This document shows positions 24,752 through 33,384 of a stretch of 64,000 nt of DNA, one piece after another. Numbering within the stretch: position 1 is the first letter of the stretch; every line of letters begins with the position of its first letter. This DNA is from Macrostomum lignano (taxonomy: Eukaryota): NCBI GenBank assembly GCA_002269645.1, contig NIVC01002098.1, positions 140,635 through 204,634 on the forward strand. Reading direction: 5' to 3'. The notes under the pieces were generated by a model that was not told the DNA's origin, searched no databases, and saw nothing but the letters and a program-made list of their open reading frames with translations. Made by a program: the position numbers and the translations under genes.

Positions 24752-26797
24752 TTAGCTGATCTGTGTGGGTGGTTGTTCCAAATATGCGGTCGCAGCAAAA
24801 TCATAGCCTGCTGATGTGCTACCACAAACGGCGGCACCACGAATAAAATGTGCAGCATCCGATCCTCCAGTTCGAGCACCAAACCCCATAAGAGTTCCTG
24901 TTTTATCCAACTCTCCCCAAGTTCCGCTATCATATGTAAAAAAGTTTTGCCCAATTAGTGTATAAACTTTGGTTGAAACATTGTATGATCTTAATTGATA
25001 CCAAACTCTTTGATTTAAAATATTAATTTCAAATAAATGCCAATCGCCATTATCAATATTTGCATAAGTTATCGTTTGATCGGCGTCATTAAGAACATCA
25101 TTACGAACTGTTGCTCCGTCTGATTTTTTATTACTCCAAAGAACCCCAACTCTGTCATGCCATTCACTCGCAAACACTATCAAGCCGGCGTCGGTTGTTA
25201 ATCCAGTTCCAAATTCACTTGTTGGTCGTTCATGACAGTATGCATAAAACCAAACAGCGTCAGCACCATCTCCTGTAGCATTAGCAACTCGGAAATAGAA
25301 GGAGGCGGATATATTACGAAAATGGGTGAAATTAAATTGTAAAGCACCACTTACACCTGAGGTTTCACGAGTAATTCTAGCTCCATTTTGATAATCGATA
25401 TAAGAAGCGTCGCCAACGAAACTTCCTGTTGGAAAAATATCGCCGGCAGTGGTTGGATTTTGATACCCAGTCCAATTGCAAATTACGGGTTCGTACAAAG
25501 CGGCATCAATTGCCGGTATGCCATCCAATTTTATTTTATCGTTAAAAGACATTCGGCCATCTGCCGTTTGGGTTACTCGCGTATCAACATAACCTTTAGT
25601 AACAACAGAACTGTTATTGTTTATAGTAGATATGTTAGTAATTGTGTTACCACCCATATCAATTGATTGATTAACAACTCCCAAATTTAAATCAAGAATT
25701 GTAAAAGTCTGTCTATAAATCTGAAAAGTTGATAAGCCGGGGTTGGTAGAACCCGATGTTGATGTAAGACAGAACAATCTGAAATATGAATATGTTTTAT
25801 CAAAATTTTGTGTGACATTAATTGTTTGAGTTGAGTTATTTATTTCTACAGAACTGCCAGCCGGTATTAAAACATCCCAGCTCGTATTGTCATTACTGCC
25901 CTCAAATCGCCATGATGCTGGGTGTTCGGTTGATGGTGATGGTCTCCCACGTAAATCAATTTTATAACACATTATCGCGGATGGACATTGGACTTGAATC
26001 CAATAATCAGTTTGAGTATTATTTGTTGCCCAATCTGTTGAATCATTACCATCAAACGCTTTCCAACTTGCAAAATCGGTTGTATTAAATGCTGTGCTTG
26101 CGGATATTGCAAAACCATTTCCACTCCAAGCTGCCATAGTTGGTACGTGTCCGGTTTCAACCGTTTGGAATCGATCCTGTTTTGGGGCTCCACCTCCAAC
26201 TAAATTATCAACTTCGGTTTTGGTATAAGAATCGGCAACATTCCGTTTTAAATTTAGGGAATTATCAACCTCAGTTTTGGTATAAGAATCAGTTATATCT
26301 CTTTTTAAATTTAGGGAATTATCAACTTCGGTTTTGGTATAAGAATCTGCAACATTCCGTTTTAAATTTAATGAATTATCAACCTCAGTTTTGGTATAAG
26401 AATCAGTTATATTTCTTTTTAAATTTAGGGAATTATCAACTTCAGTTTTGGTATAAGAATCAGTTATATTTCTTTTTAAATTTAGGGAATTATCAACTTC
26501 AGTTTTGGTATAAGAATCGGCAACATTCCGTTTTAAATTTAGGGAATTATCAACTTCGGTTTTGGTATAAGAATCGGCTGTATTGCGTTTTAAATTTAAT
26601 GAATCATCTATTTGAGTTTTGGTATAGGAATCTGCAACATTCCGTTTCAAATTTAGTTTATTATCAATTTCAGTTTTTTTATAACCTTCATCTTCATTAA
26701 TATATCGGTTATCTCCGAATGTAACACTTATTCCACCAGATGCGCCTCCACCAGTACTTGTTGTTCCGTTCCATGAGGGTGTTCCAGAAAATAACAT
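24752..26797 (-). CDS. Fibre/receptor-binding-like protein: 19-aa repeats, discoidin (F5/8C)-like domain, stalk motif, lectin-like domain
   Basis: 8+ copies of KTEVDNSLNLKRNVADSYT; ASWKAFDGNDSTDW...WIQV...WRFEGSND; IDMGGNTITNI...TKGYVD; C-terminal GFGARTGG..AHFI. Confidence 0.8.
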   Translation of the reverse strand: MLFSGTPSWNGTTSTGGGASGGISVTFGDNRYINEDEGYKKTEIDNKLNLKRNVADSYTKTQIDDSLNLKRNTADSYTKTEVDNSLNLKRNVADSYTKTEVDNSLNLKRNITDSYTKTEVDNSLNLKRNITDSYTKTEVDNSLNLKRNVADSYTKTEVDNSLNLKRDITDSYTKTEVDNSLNLKRNVADSYTKTEVDNLVGGGAPKQDRFQTVETGHVPTMAAWSGNGFAISASTAFNTTDFASWKAFDGNDSTDWATNNTQTDYWIQVQCPSAIMCYKIDLRGRPSPSTEHPASWRFEGSNDNTSWDVLIPAGSSVEINNSTQTINVTQNFDKTYSYFRLFCLTSTSGSTNPGLSTFQIYRQTFTILDLNLGVVNQSIDMGGNTITNISTINNNSSVVTKGYVDTRVTQTADGRMSFNDKIKLDGIPAIDAALYEPVICNWTGYQNPTTAGDIFPTGSFVGDASYIDYQNGARITRETSGVSGALQFNFTHFRNISASFYFRVANATGDGADAVWFYAYCHERPTSEFGTGLTTDAGLIVFASEWHDRVGVLWSNKKSDGATVRNDVLNDADQTITYANIDNGDWHLFEINILNQRVWYQLRSYNVSTKVYTLIGQNFFTYDSGTWGELDKTGTLMGFGARTGGSDAAHFIRGAAVCGSTSAGYDFAATAYLEQPPTQIS

Positions 26798-26806
26798 TTT
26801 TACTGT

Positions 26807-27244
26807 CTATTTTATAGAATCTAAAATTGCTTTAAATGCTTCGGGTCTTTCCTTAGAGTTATTAATTTTATATAAAAAATACAACGCCGCTTGCCCGCAA
26901 TAACTTTTGTCAAATGTTTGAAATTGTTCATGATGATCTCCACATAAACGATTTTTAGTATGATTAAATTTATCTTTTATTTCCTGTAACGGAGGAAGCG
27001 CGTATGAATCAAAAAAATAAACAAGTTTAGGTTTTGAATAAACTGCTGACCAATGAACCCCGTTTTCTTTTGTTGTTTCAATATTAACAATGAAAGATCC
27101 ATATTGTGGTAAGTCTTTGATCTCATCTCGCATAACACATCTGAATGGTTTTATTTTTAGTTGTCGCGCCCAATTTGTTAATTCAATATTGCTTGTTGTG
27201 TCTGTTCCATATCTTTGTTTGAACAACTGCCAATTCATAGTCAT
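26807..27244 (-). CDS. Adenain-like cysteine maturation protease
   Basis: Catalytic His (GVHWSA), Asp (YFFDSY), oxyanion Gln (QFQ) and Cys (YCG) all present. Confidence 0.93.
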   Translation of the reverse strand: MTMNWQLFKQRYGTDTTSNIELTNWARQLKIKPFRCVMRDEIKDLPQYGSFIVNIETTKENGVHWSAVYSKPKLVYFFDSYALPPLQEIKDKFNHTKNRLCGDHHEQFQTFDKSYCGQAALYFLYKINNSKERPEAFKAILDSIK

Positions 27245-27245
27245 T

Positions 27246-27416
27246 TTATGTTCCTGAAAAACTCTTGGTTTTGGTTAGTTTCGTTGGTTTGGATTTTAAC
27301 AGTTCCTTTCGGATTTTTTCTGCTTGCAGTTGTTTCAATTTTGTTAGTTCGATTTCATAATTATCCTTTGCATTTTGAACTTTTTCCGTTTGTTTTTTTA
27401 AACTATTGTTACCCAT
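27246..27416 (-). CDS. 56-aa basic protein not in the ORF track (MGNNSLKK...FSGT)
   Basis: Manual translation. GTAAAAATG start; exactly fills the gap between penton and protease. Confidence 0.65.
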   Translation of the reverse strand: MGNNSLKKQTEKVQNAKDNYEIELTKLKQLQAEKIRKELLKSKPTKLTKTKSFSGT

Positions 27417-27426
27417 TTTTACAATA

Positions 27427-28211
27427 TTAAACCTGTTTTATACGTAAAATTATTGTTATTGACTGCCCACCAAAACTTATTAATCTATCGCTTTCATCTA
27501 CAATCCTAATATAAATTGATTGAACACTATATTGATTTAAAGGATAATATATTGGGGTTTGGGGTGAAACAATCATTTTCTCTCCAATTGGAACAGCAAG
27601 AAATGGGATTGAATAAATAATTCCACGTTGAACCAAAACTCCATTATTATCTGTTATATAACCGCCGTTTGATATGTCGGTTGTAATATTAATTGTATTA
27701 ACACCACCCTCAATATTTCCAACAGTATCGCCGGTGCTTGATGTGGTAACGATTCGGGAATTAAATCCGAGTATGGTTCTGAGTGAATTTGCAATTGTGA
27801 AATCAACCTGATATCCGGATCCTAGTGATAGTGTGAATCTGCCAGATGGTAAATCAACCCTATAACAATTGCGCCTGATACCCAATCTCCATTAGTTGTT
27901 AATTCTCCTTCTATATAAGCATTCAAATCGGTATAGGAATACGCTCCTGGGTTAACGCTAAATGTTGTCCAATTGGCTCCGGAATCTTTAGAATATCTAA
28001 ATTGATTATTTGTTGCATTAATTAATTGAGGCATGTTAAAAACTGAAAATAGTATCAAACCTATTTGATAACTTAGGCTTTGATCGAGTTGTAACGGATC
28101 GCGCAATTGAATCCGTTGCTCACTAGTTGTCATTATAAACTGTAAGGTTGTACTAAATTTTGAATTAGTTCGATCTACCAATTGTTTTATAGTGTCTAAA
28201 TTTGTAGCCAT
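27427..28211 (-). CDS. Minor capsid protein (penton), frameshifted at ~27859
   Basis: Single jelly-roll-like pattern (NATNNQFRY, PGAYSYTDLN, ILGF, NTINITTDI, PIYYPL, IRIVDESDRLISFGG). One extra G in GGG restores IG-VDLPSGRF. Confidence 0.85.
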
Positions 28212-28225
28212 TTTTATAGTGGGAA

Positions 28226-28990
28226 TTATTCCTTATCGTGCTCGTTATCTTCTTTTATCAAATTTGTTAAGATTCGATGTTTCCGTTCTAACCTGGGGTT
28301 GATATATATATGTTTGTATTGACTAGCATCCCAAATTTTTTTACACATACTTTTAAATGCTTTTGCATCCAATCCAGGATTAAATCTAGTGCGTATATTT
28401 TGTAAATCATAGTCATCTAAATCAAACATTACACAACAGCTAGCATTCTTTTTTATAATCGTATGTAATTCTATTAAGGACTGTGTTAGATAAAAAGCTC
28501 CAATTCCATCTCCTCTACCACTAACAAAAATTTCCTTTTGCAATTCTTGATCACCGTCATTAATACAATCATCAAAAATAATTAGTGTTTTATCATGTTT
28601 TGGAATTTGATCATAGGATAAACGGGTTGATGCTCTAACAGTTGGGGCTCTGTTGTTAATGTTTTCTGATATTTGTGCAGTTGTTTTACATAAATCCTCA
28701 ATGTCATCGAGTGTAAATCTTGGTTCATCATCGTCCTCATATTGCTCATATGCTCTTAACATTCTAAACAAGATATCTTTTTTTAATTTGTTTTTTAATC
28801 CATGTTTAAGAAATTCATAATATTTTATTCTAGGTTTATTAGTATAAATTATTAAATTATTATAGTCTAGCATTCCATCTGTTGTTAATAAATCGTAAAC
28901 AAAGTGTGTTTTTCCTTTACCCGATCCTCCGATTACTAAACAAAGAAAAGGATCATTTGGAAATATCTTATTGTGTTTTGCCTTTACCAT
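28226..28990 (-). CDS. A32-like (FtsK/HerA) genome-packaging ATPase
   Basis: Walker A GGSGKGKT, Walker B LIIFDD, GR..GI...LTQS motif. Confidence 0.93.
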   Translation of the reverse strand: MVKAKHNKIFPNDPFLCLVIGGSGKGKTHFVYDLLTTDGMLDYNNLIIYTNKPRIKYYEFLKHGLKNKLKKDILFRMLRAYEQYEDDDEPRFTLDDIEDLCKTTAQISENINNRAPTVRASTRLSYDQIPKHDKTLIIFDDCINDGDQELQKEIFVSGRGDGIGAFYLTQSLIELHTIIKKNASCCVMFDLDDYDLQNIRTRFNPGLDAKAFKSMCKKIWDASQYKHIYINPRLERKHRILTNLIKEDNEHDKE

Positions 28991-29043
28991 TTTTAAAGAA
29001 AAAATTTATCTAAATTGGCGCGACGGTCGGAGACCTGCACCGC

Positions 29044-30516
29044 TTACAGCGGGGCGTCCCGAACAATCGTGCCATCTGCTTTAGCAATTGACATATATTC
29101 CTCTAGAAACAATACGTGTGCGTCTATGGCCTGATTACCAGTTTTATTAATCTCTAACATGTAATTAAGTCCAACATTGGCTACGTTTTCTTTCTGTGCC
29201 GTTAGATCATAAACAACCACTGGATGAATGTTTAGAAACTCTGTGGGTGTGTACTGAGGGACTGCATACGCTTCATTTTTGGCATAATCTTGATAATATT
29301 TTATAAAATCATTAACATTATTATTTGCAATATTTAGATTAAGAGGATCTTTAACCGGATAATATTGATCATCAACCTGCAGGCGGATATTCTGAACATT
29401 AAACTCGTTAATAGCTGCAGCCGCATTGTCTGTTGCGGTGGCTGCTTGTTCTGCTATGGCGCCTGATTGAATCCAATATAAATCCCCATTTGCTCTTTTA
29501 CTCCTTCTGCTTGTTATTTTAAACCAAACAAAAATATATCTCACCCGACGTTTTGATGTAATTATCTGCCACTGGAATGAATCCTGATTATTATTAATGG
29601 ATCGCATAAAATGTCGACGATTCAAATAAAATATTTCCTGATCATGCGTTAACTGATTATCAATGTGTTTTAAAAGTGGAGCTGTTACCTCAAGAGTTGG
29701 CACAACTAATTGAATTGAATCTATACGAACTGCTATATCGGTTGAAACCGAATTTCCAAAAAGTATCCTAGGCTGATATCCACCAGATATTTGCAACTGT
29801 ATCCCAAATTTTAATCCTTTCCATACCCGATTTGGTGAAAAGAACCCAAATAGTGGAAAGATTGAAAAGTCTTGCTCATATGCTGTTGCTGTGGTTAAAA
29901 CCGCTACTGGGAATTTATTCTGACGATCTATAAAACCCGTATTAATATCTTTTGTATTAGTCATGGTGGTTACAACTGGAACTATATTGGTATTAAGGTA
30001 ATTAATAAGAGCTGCGGTATCTGCACCGGCTGCTGGTGCTACGTTAGGAAAATTTATTGCTCCACCATCTCCCTTATCGGGCATCCATCCAACATTATCA
30101 CCAACTTGTTTTGATAAATAAGTATAATTTAAATGTTTCAAAACTCCATTAATCTCTGCGGGGTTTGATGCTGTCTCAACCTCGGCTCCATTAACTGACA
30201 GTTGTGCTTGGGAAAAACATTTATAAAACCAATCATTTTCTATTATTATTCCAGAACGATCTGCGATATCGCCGGCTGCAAGAGCGGTTCCATCATTTCT
30301 AGTATACAACCATCTAACACGGAAAAACGCATTTTTCATATCCAATATAGTGTTGGTTGCGCCGATGTCAAAAGCTACCGTTCCGGTAGTAAAGTTATTT
30401 GAATTATCACTTGTTGGTAGGGTAAAATTTAAATCTCTTGCCCTGACCTCATTAATATACTGGCGGTGCTTTTTGAAATGAAATTTATCACTCCATATAG
30501 TTTTTGTTTCAGCCAT
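29044..30516 (-). CDS. Double jelly-roll major capsid protein
   Basis: Intact 490-aa ORF beside ATPase and penton, with Polinton MCP-like segments (FSQAQLSVNG, RYIFVWF, QVDDQYYP). Confidence 0.88.
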   Translation of the reverse strand: MAETKTIWSDKFHFKKHRQYINEVRARDLNFTLPTSDNSNNFTTGTVAFDIGATNTILDMKNAFFRVRWLYTRNDGTALAAGDIADRSGIIIENDWFYKCFSQAQLSVNGAEVETASNPAEINGVLKHLNYTYLSKQVGDNVGWMPDKGDGGAINFPNVAPAAGADTAALINYLNTNIVPVVTTMTNTKDINTGFIDRQNKFPVAVLTTATAYEQDFSIFPLFGFFSPNRVWKGLKFGIQLQISGGYQPRILFGNSVSTDIAVRIDSIQLVVPTLEVTAPLLKHIDNQLTHDQEIFYLNRRHFMRSINNNQDSFQWQIITSKRRVRYIFVWFKITSRRSKRANGDLYWIQSGAIAEQAATATDNAAAAINEFNVQNIRLQVDDQYYPVKDPLNLNIANNNVNDFIKYYQDYAKNEAYAVPQYTPTEFLNIHPVVVYDLTAQKENVANVGLNYMLEINKTGNQAIDAHVLFLEEYMSIAKADGTIVRDAPL

Positions 30517-30550
30517 TATTTTAAGTTAAAAAAGTTTTTTATGTTAAAAA

Positions 30551-31222
30551 ATGAGTCAATTTATGGACGTTGATGGAGAGTTAGCGATTTATAAAGAGAA
30601 GCAAAGATATTCTGATTTTGTTAGAAATTTACAAAAAAGAAAGTTAGGAATACAATTAGCTGGCGAAAGATTTGCTGCTCCTTTTGTTAATCCTATTACG
30701 GGGAAAATTAGTGAACTAGAAAAAACAGATAAAGACCTTCTGGAAAAAATTGCTAAGAATACGGAGCCAAAAGAGGATGAAATTTTGGATGAGCCGCCAG
30801 CTTATGATGTTGATCAAGCACAATTGAGAATTGCAGAGATTAGGCATGCAGAGCGGGGCGATCGGGAACAATATCCAAGAGTACCAGCTAGTATTGCTGC
30901 GACAGATTTAGGTAATAATAATTATCGAATTGGTGGAGTTGATAAAAATCGAAATGAACTATATAGAGAATTGGGTGGAGCATTTAATATTATTACGAAC
31001 CCTAGGGTAAAATTTAACCCCGATTTATATACTAGGGATGAATTAGTAAGTGCTAAAATTTTTTACGATGAGTTAGGAGGTGGAGGTGTTAAAAATACCA
31101 GCTTGTATAAAAGGATTGTTAATTCTATAAATAACAAACCGGCTGTTGGAGAAGGATTTAAAACTCCTAGAAAACTTGTTTTAGCTGCCGCGAAAGCTGC
31201 TGGACATACAGGAATTAATTAA
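30551..31222 (+). CDS. Polinton PZ-like protein (possibly C-terminally short)
   Basis: N-terminal PFVNPI helix, LYTRDEL segment and C-terminal LAAAKAAGHTG resemble conserved Polinton PZ motifs (recalled, not searched). Confidence 0.45.
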   Translation: MSQFMDVDGELAIYKEKQRYSDFVRNLQKRKLGIQLAGERFAAPFVNPITGKISELEKTDKDLLEKIAKNTEPKEDEILDEPPAYDVDQAQLRIAEIRHAERGDREQYPRVPASIAATDLGNNNYRIGGVDKNRNELYRELGGAFNIITNPRVKFNPDLYTRDELVSAKIFYDELGGGGVKNTSLYKRIVNSINNKPAVGEGFKTPRKLVLAAAKAAGHTGIN

Positions 31223-31245
31223 TTGTTAAATTTATTTTTTATAAA

Positions 31246-31761
31246 ATGGAAAATACGATAAAAGATTGTCTTTGTAAACCTATTTATGATAAGGCTGGTT
31301 CTGACAGAATACTAAATAAGATATTTCAAGATGAATTAATAATTGCAAACCGTATTAAAACAATTCAAATGAGACTTGGATATCTTTATGAATTATTAGC
31401 TATTGAACATTTTGGTTTTGAAAAAATAAAGAAAATTGATTTAATTCATACCGAAAGAAAAATTGCGTTAGAATTAAAATCTTCTGATAATACAGATAAT
31501 TCATCAAGTCGATTTAGAAATATTCAAAAGTTATTAGAATTTAAAAATGTTAATCCCGAATTTGATTTATATTATATTTGCATTAATAATACTACTAAAA
31601 ACCCTGTACAAAAGGTATTTGATAATGGAGTTACCTTGTTAACTGGGGAATTTGCTTTAAATTTTTTATATGGTGATCAATATTTGGAAATTATTAAACT
31701 GATAGAAACGTGTTTTTTAAAGATTAAAAATGAGCAATCGAACGAAGTTCGCGAACCGTAG
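31246..31761 (+). CDS. PD-(D/E)XK restriction-endonuclease-like protein (Eco47II-like)
   Basis: QMRLGYLYE...KIDLI...IALELKSSDNTDNSSS fits the ID-x(8-10)-ELK catalytic core and the NTxNSSS segment of Eco47II-type enzymes. Confidence 0.7.
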   Translation: MENTIKDCLCKPIYDKAGSDRILNKIFQDELIIANRIKTIQMRLGYLYELLAIEHFGFEKIKKIDLIHTERKIALELKSSDNTDNSSSRFRNIQKLLEFKNVNPEFDLYYICINNTTKNPVQKVFDNGVTLLTGEFALNFLYGDQYLEIIKLIETCFLKIKNEQSNEVREP

Positions 31762-31888
31762 GTTCGATCAATTAGTATTTGAAGGAGGATTTTTAGATGT
31801 TCAAAAAGGATTAACAAGCTTACCGAGTATTTTTACTACTGGAAGGTATACAAATGAATTACACCTGCCATCGCATAATTTCACAGGT
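31730..31888 (+). CDS. PLA2-integrase fusion gene, exon 1 (not in ORF track)
   Basis: TTAAAAATG start. Translates MSNRTKF...ELHLPSHNFTG and is followed immediately by in-frame TAA (the start of the intron). Confidence 0.88.
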
Positions 31889-32190
31889 TAACCCGTGGCC
31901 TGAGTGAGGAAGGCAATGTCCTTGCTAGTCACTATTTGTGGCGACATCTTCAAATTGCGTGAAACCCGTCATACAGCTTCAAGTACCACTTCAATTGAGA
32001 AATCTTTTGAAGGAACAGAGGTAACTCCTCTTCCCAACGGTAACAAGCTTGAAGACACGGTGGCAATGCGCAGCCAAGCTCCTAAGTCAAAGACCGATAA
32101 GGAGAAGGTTCAGAGAGCAGACGGAGGTGGGCGGTAATTTATCCGCTTAAGGTGTGCTCCAGCCTATTTCGAAAGATTTAGGGCAAACTA
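31889..32190 (+). ncRNA. Group I self-splicing intron (IC1-like, 302 nt, no homing endonuclease, terminal A)
   Basis: P1 CAGGU/GCCUG with U31888-G31898 wobble; P3 CAUCUUC/GGAGGUG; P4 UGCGUG/UGCGCA; P7 G(A)GAGCA/UGCUCC; P8 GCGG/CCGC; P5abc with A-rich bulge and GAAA L5b; P9 GAAA loop. Removal restores HNFTG|PGTRL. Confidence 0.93.
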
Positions 32191-33295
32191 CCCGGCACTC
32201 GCTTAGATTTGAGATTAAATCCTGATGACACTCCAAAAGCTGATTCAATTCCCATTAACGGCATTGATTGGTTAGCATATTATCATGACTTAGCATACAC
32301 AGATGCTGATAAGAACACACCCGAGGAAGCATTAAGATTAAAACATGAAGCCGATCAAAAAATGATTCAAGGATTAGATAACTTACAAGGATTATCGGTA
32401 AGCCAAAGATTAACTAGGTGGATGGTTAAAAAGATTCTGCAATCTAAAGTTAAATTTGGTTTAGGAATTAATTACAATCAACATGGAAATAATTGTGTTG
32501 AGTGTTTATTATTAAGTGGCAGTGGGTTAAGTTCTGATGAGGCAAAGATTCTTCATAAAGAATATCGAAAACCTAAATTTTATAGAAAAATCATGAACTT
32601 CAAAAAGAATGAAATTTGGTATGCTGATTTAATGTCGATGCCAAATGATAGAGGATATAAATATATTTTAACCATATTAGATGGTTTTACTCGATACGCG
32701 TGGACTTTATGGTGAAAGCAAAAATGCCTTAATTGAAAGATTTAATCGAACTTTAGGTAAGAAATTGTGGTTTCAGTTTAGTCTTAATGGAAATCAAAAG
32801 TGGGTAAAAATATTACCAGACGTCGTGAAAGATTATAATAATTCATATCATTCAGCTATAAAGATGACTCCTCAACAAGCTTATAACAATCCTGAAAACG
32901 TTAAAGTTACTTTTGGAAAATTTGAAAAAAATAAAAAGAAATCTTTTAAGGTTGGTGATTCTGTTTATATCTATAAATGGAAAGATAAGTTTGAAAAGGG
33001 AAGAAAAGGATATTGGAAAATAAGTGAGAAATTTACTATCAGTAAAGTTTTAAATACCAATCCTACAACCTATATAATTGCTGATAAGGATGGTGAAGAA
33101 ATATTGGGTTCGTTTTATGAGAACCAACTAATATCAGCGAACAATTACTTGAGACAACAGGGTAGTAAATTTTTTATAACAAACAAAAACAATATTATTA
33201 CTATTATTATTACTAATATAATTATTGACATTTGTTCAACAGATATCAAACTTAAATTTTCATTAAGTTCATTAATCGGCACATTTCCGATGTAG
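32191..33295 (+). CDS. PLA2-integrase fusion gene, exon 2 (parvovirus-type PLA2 plus retroviral-like integrase; deletion/frameshift at ~32706)
   Basis: PLA2 catalytic HDLAY. Integrase WYADL, YILTILDGFTRYAW, IERFNRTL, YNNSYHSAIKMTP, FKVGD, GSFYE. The segment carrying the second catalytic Asp is missing. Confidence 0.92.
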
Positions 33296-33309
33296 GAGTA
33301 GTTTACCTT
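33145..33309 (-). CDS. Small single-pass membrane protein ending in PCCLK
   Basis: Probable start MKVNYS after AAAAATG. Hydrophobic IIILVIIIVIILFLFVI. Overlaps the integrase 3' end in antisense. Confidence 0.5.
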   Translation of the reverse strand, partial: KVNYSYIGNVPINELNENLSLISVEQMSIIILVIIIVIILFLFVIKNLLPCCLK

Positions 33310-33384
33310 CATTTTTTTATATATATTTTTCACAATAAATGTCGTTTCTGTTATAGAGTAATAGTTCATTTTTTTATATTTTTT

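Noticed and set aside
31904-32137. 77-aa ORF inside the group I intron as a possible homing endonuclease
   Set aside because: It overlaps the ribozyme core, starts at GTG and has no LAGLIDADG, GIY-YIG, HNH or His-Cys motif. It is a chance frame.
31889-32190. Spliceosomal intron or transposon as the explanation for the PLA2 insert
   Set aside because: The ends are TA...TA (not GT-AG), there are no TIRs or TSD, and the full group I pairing set is present.
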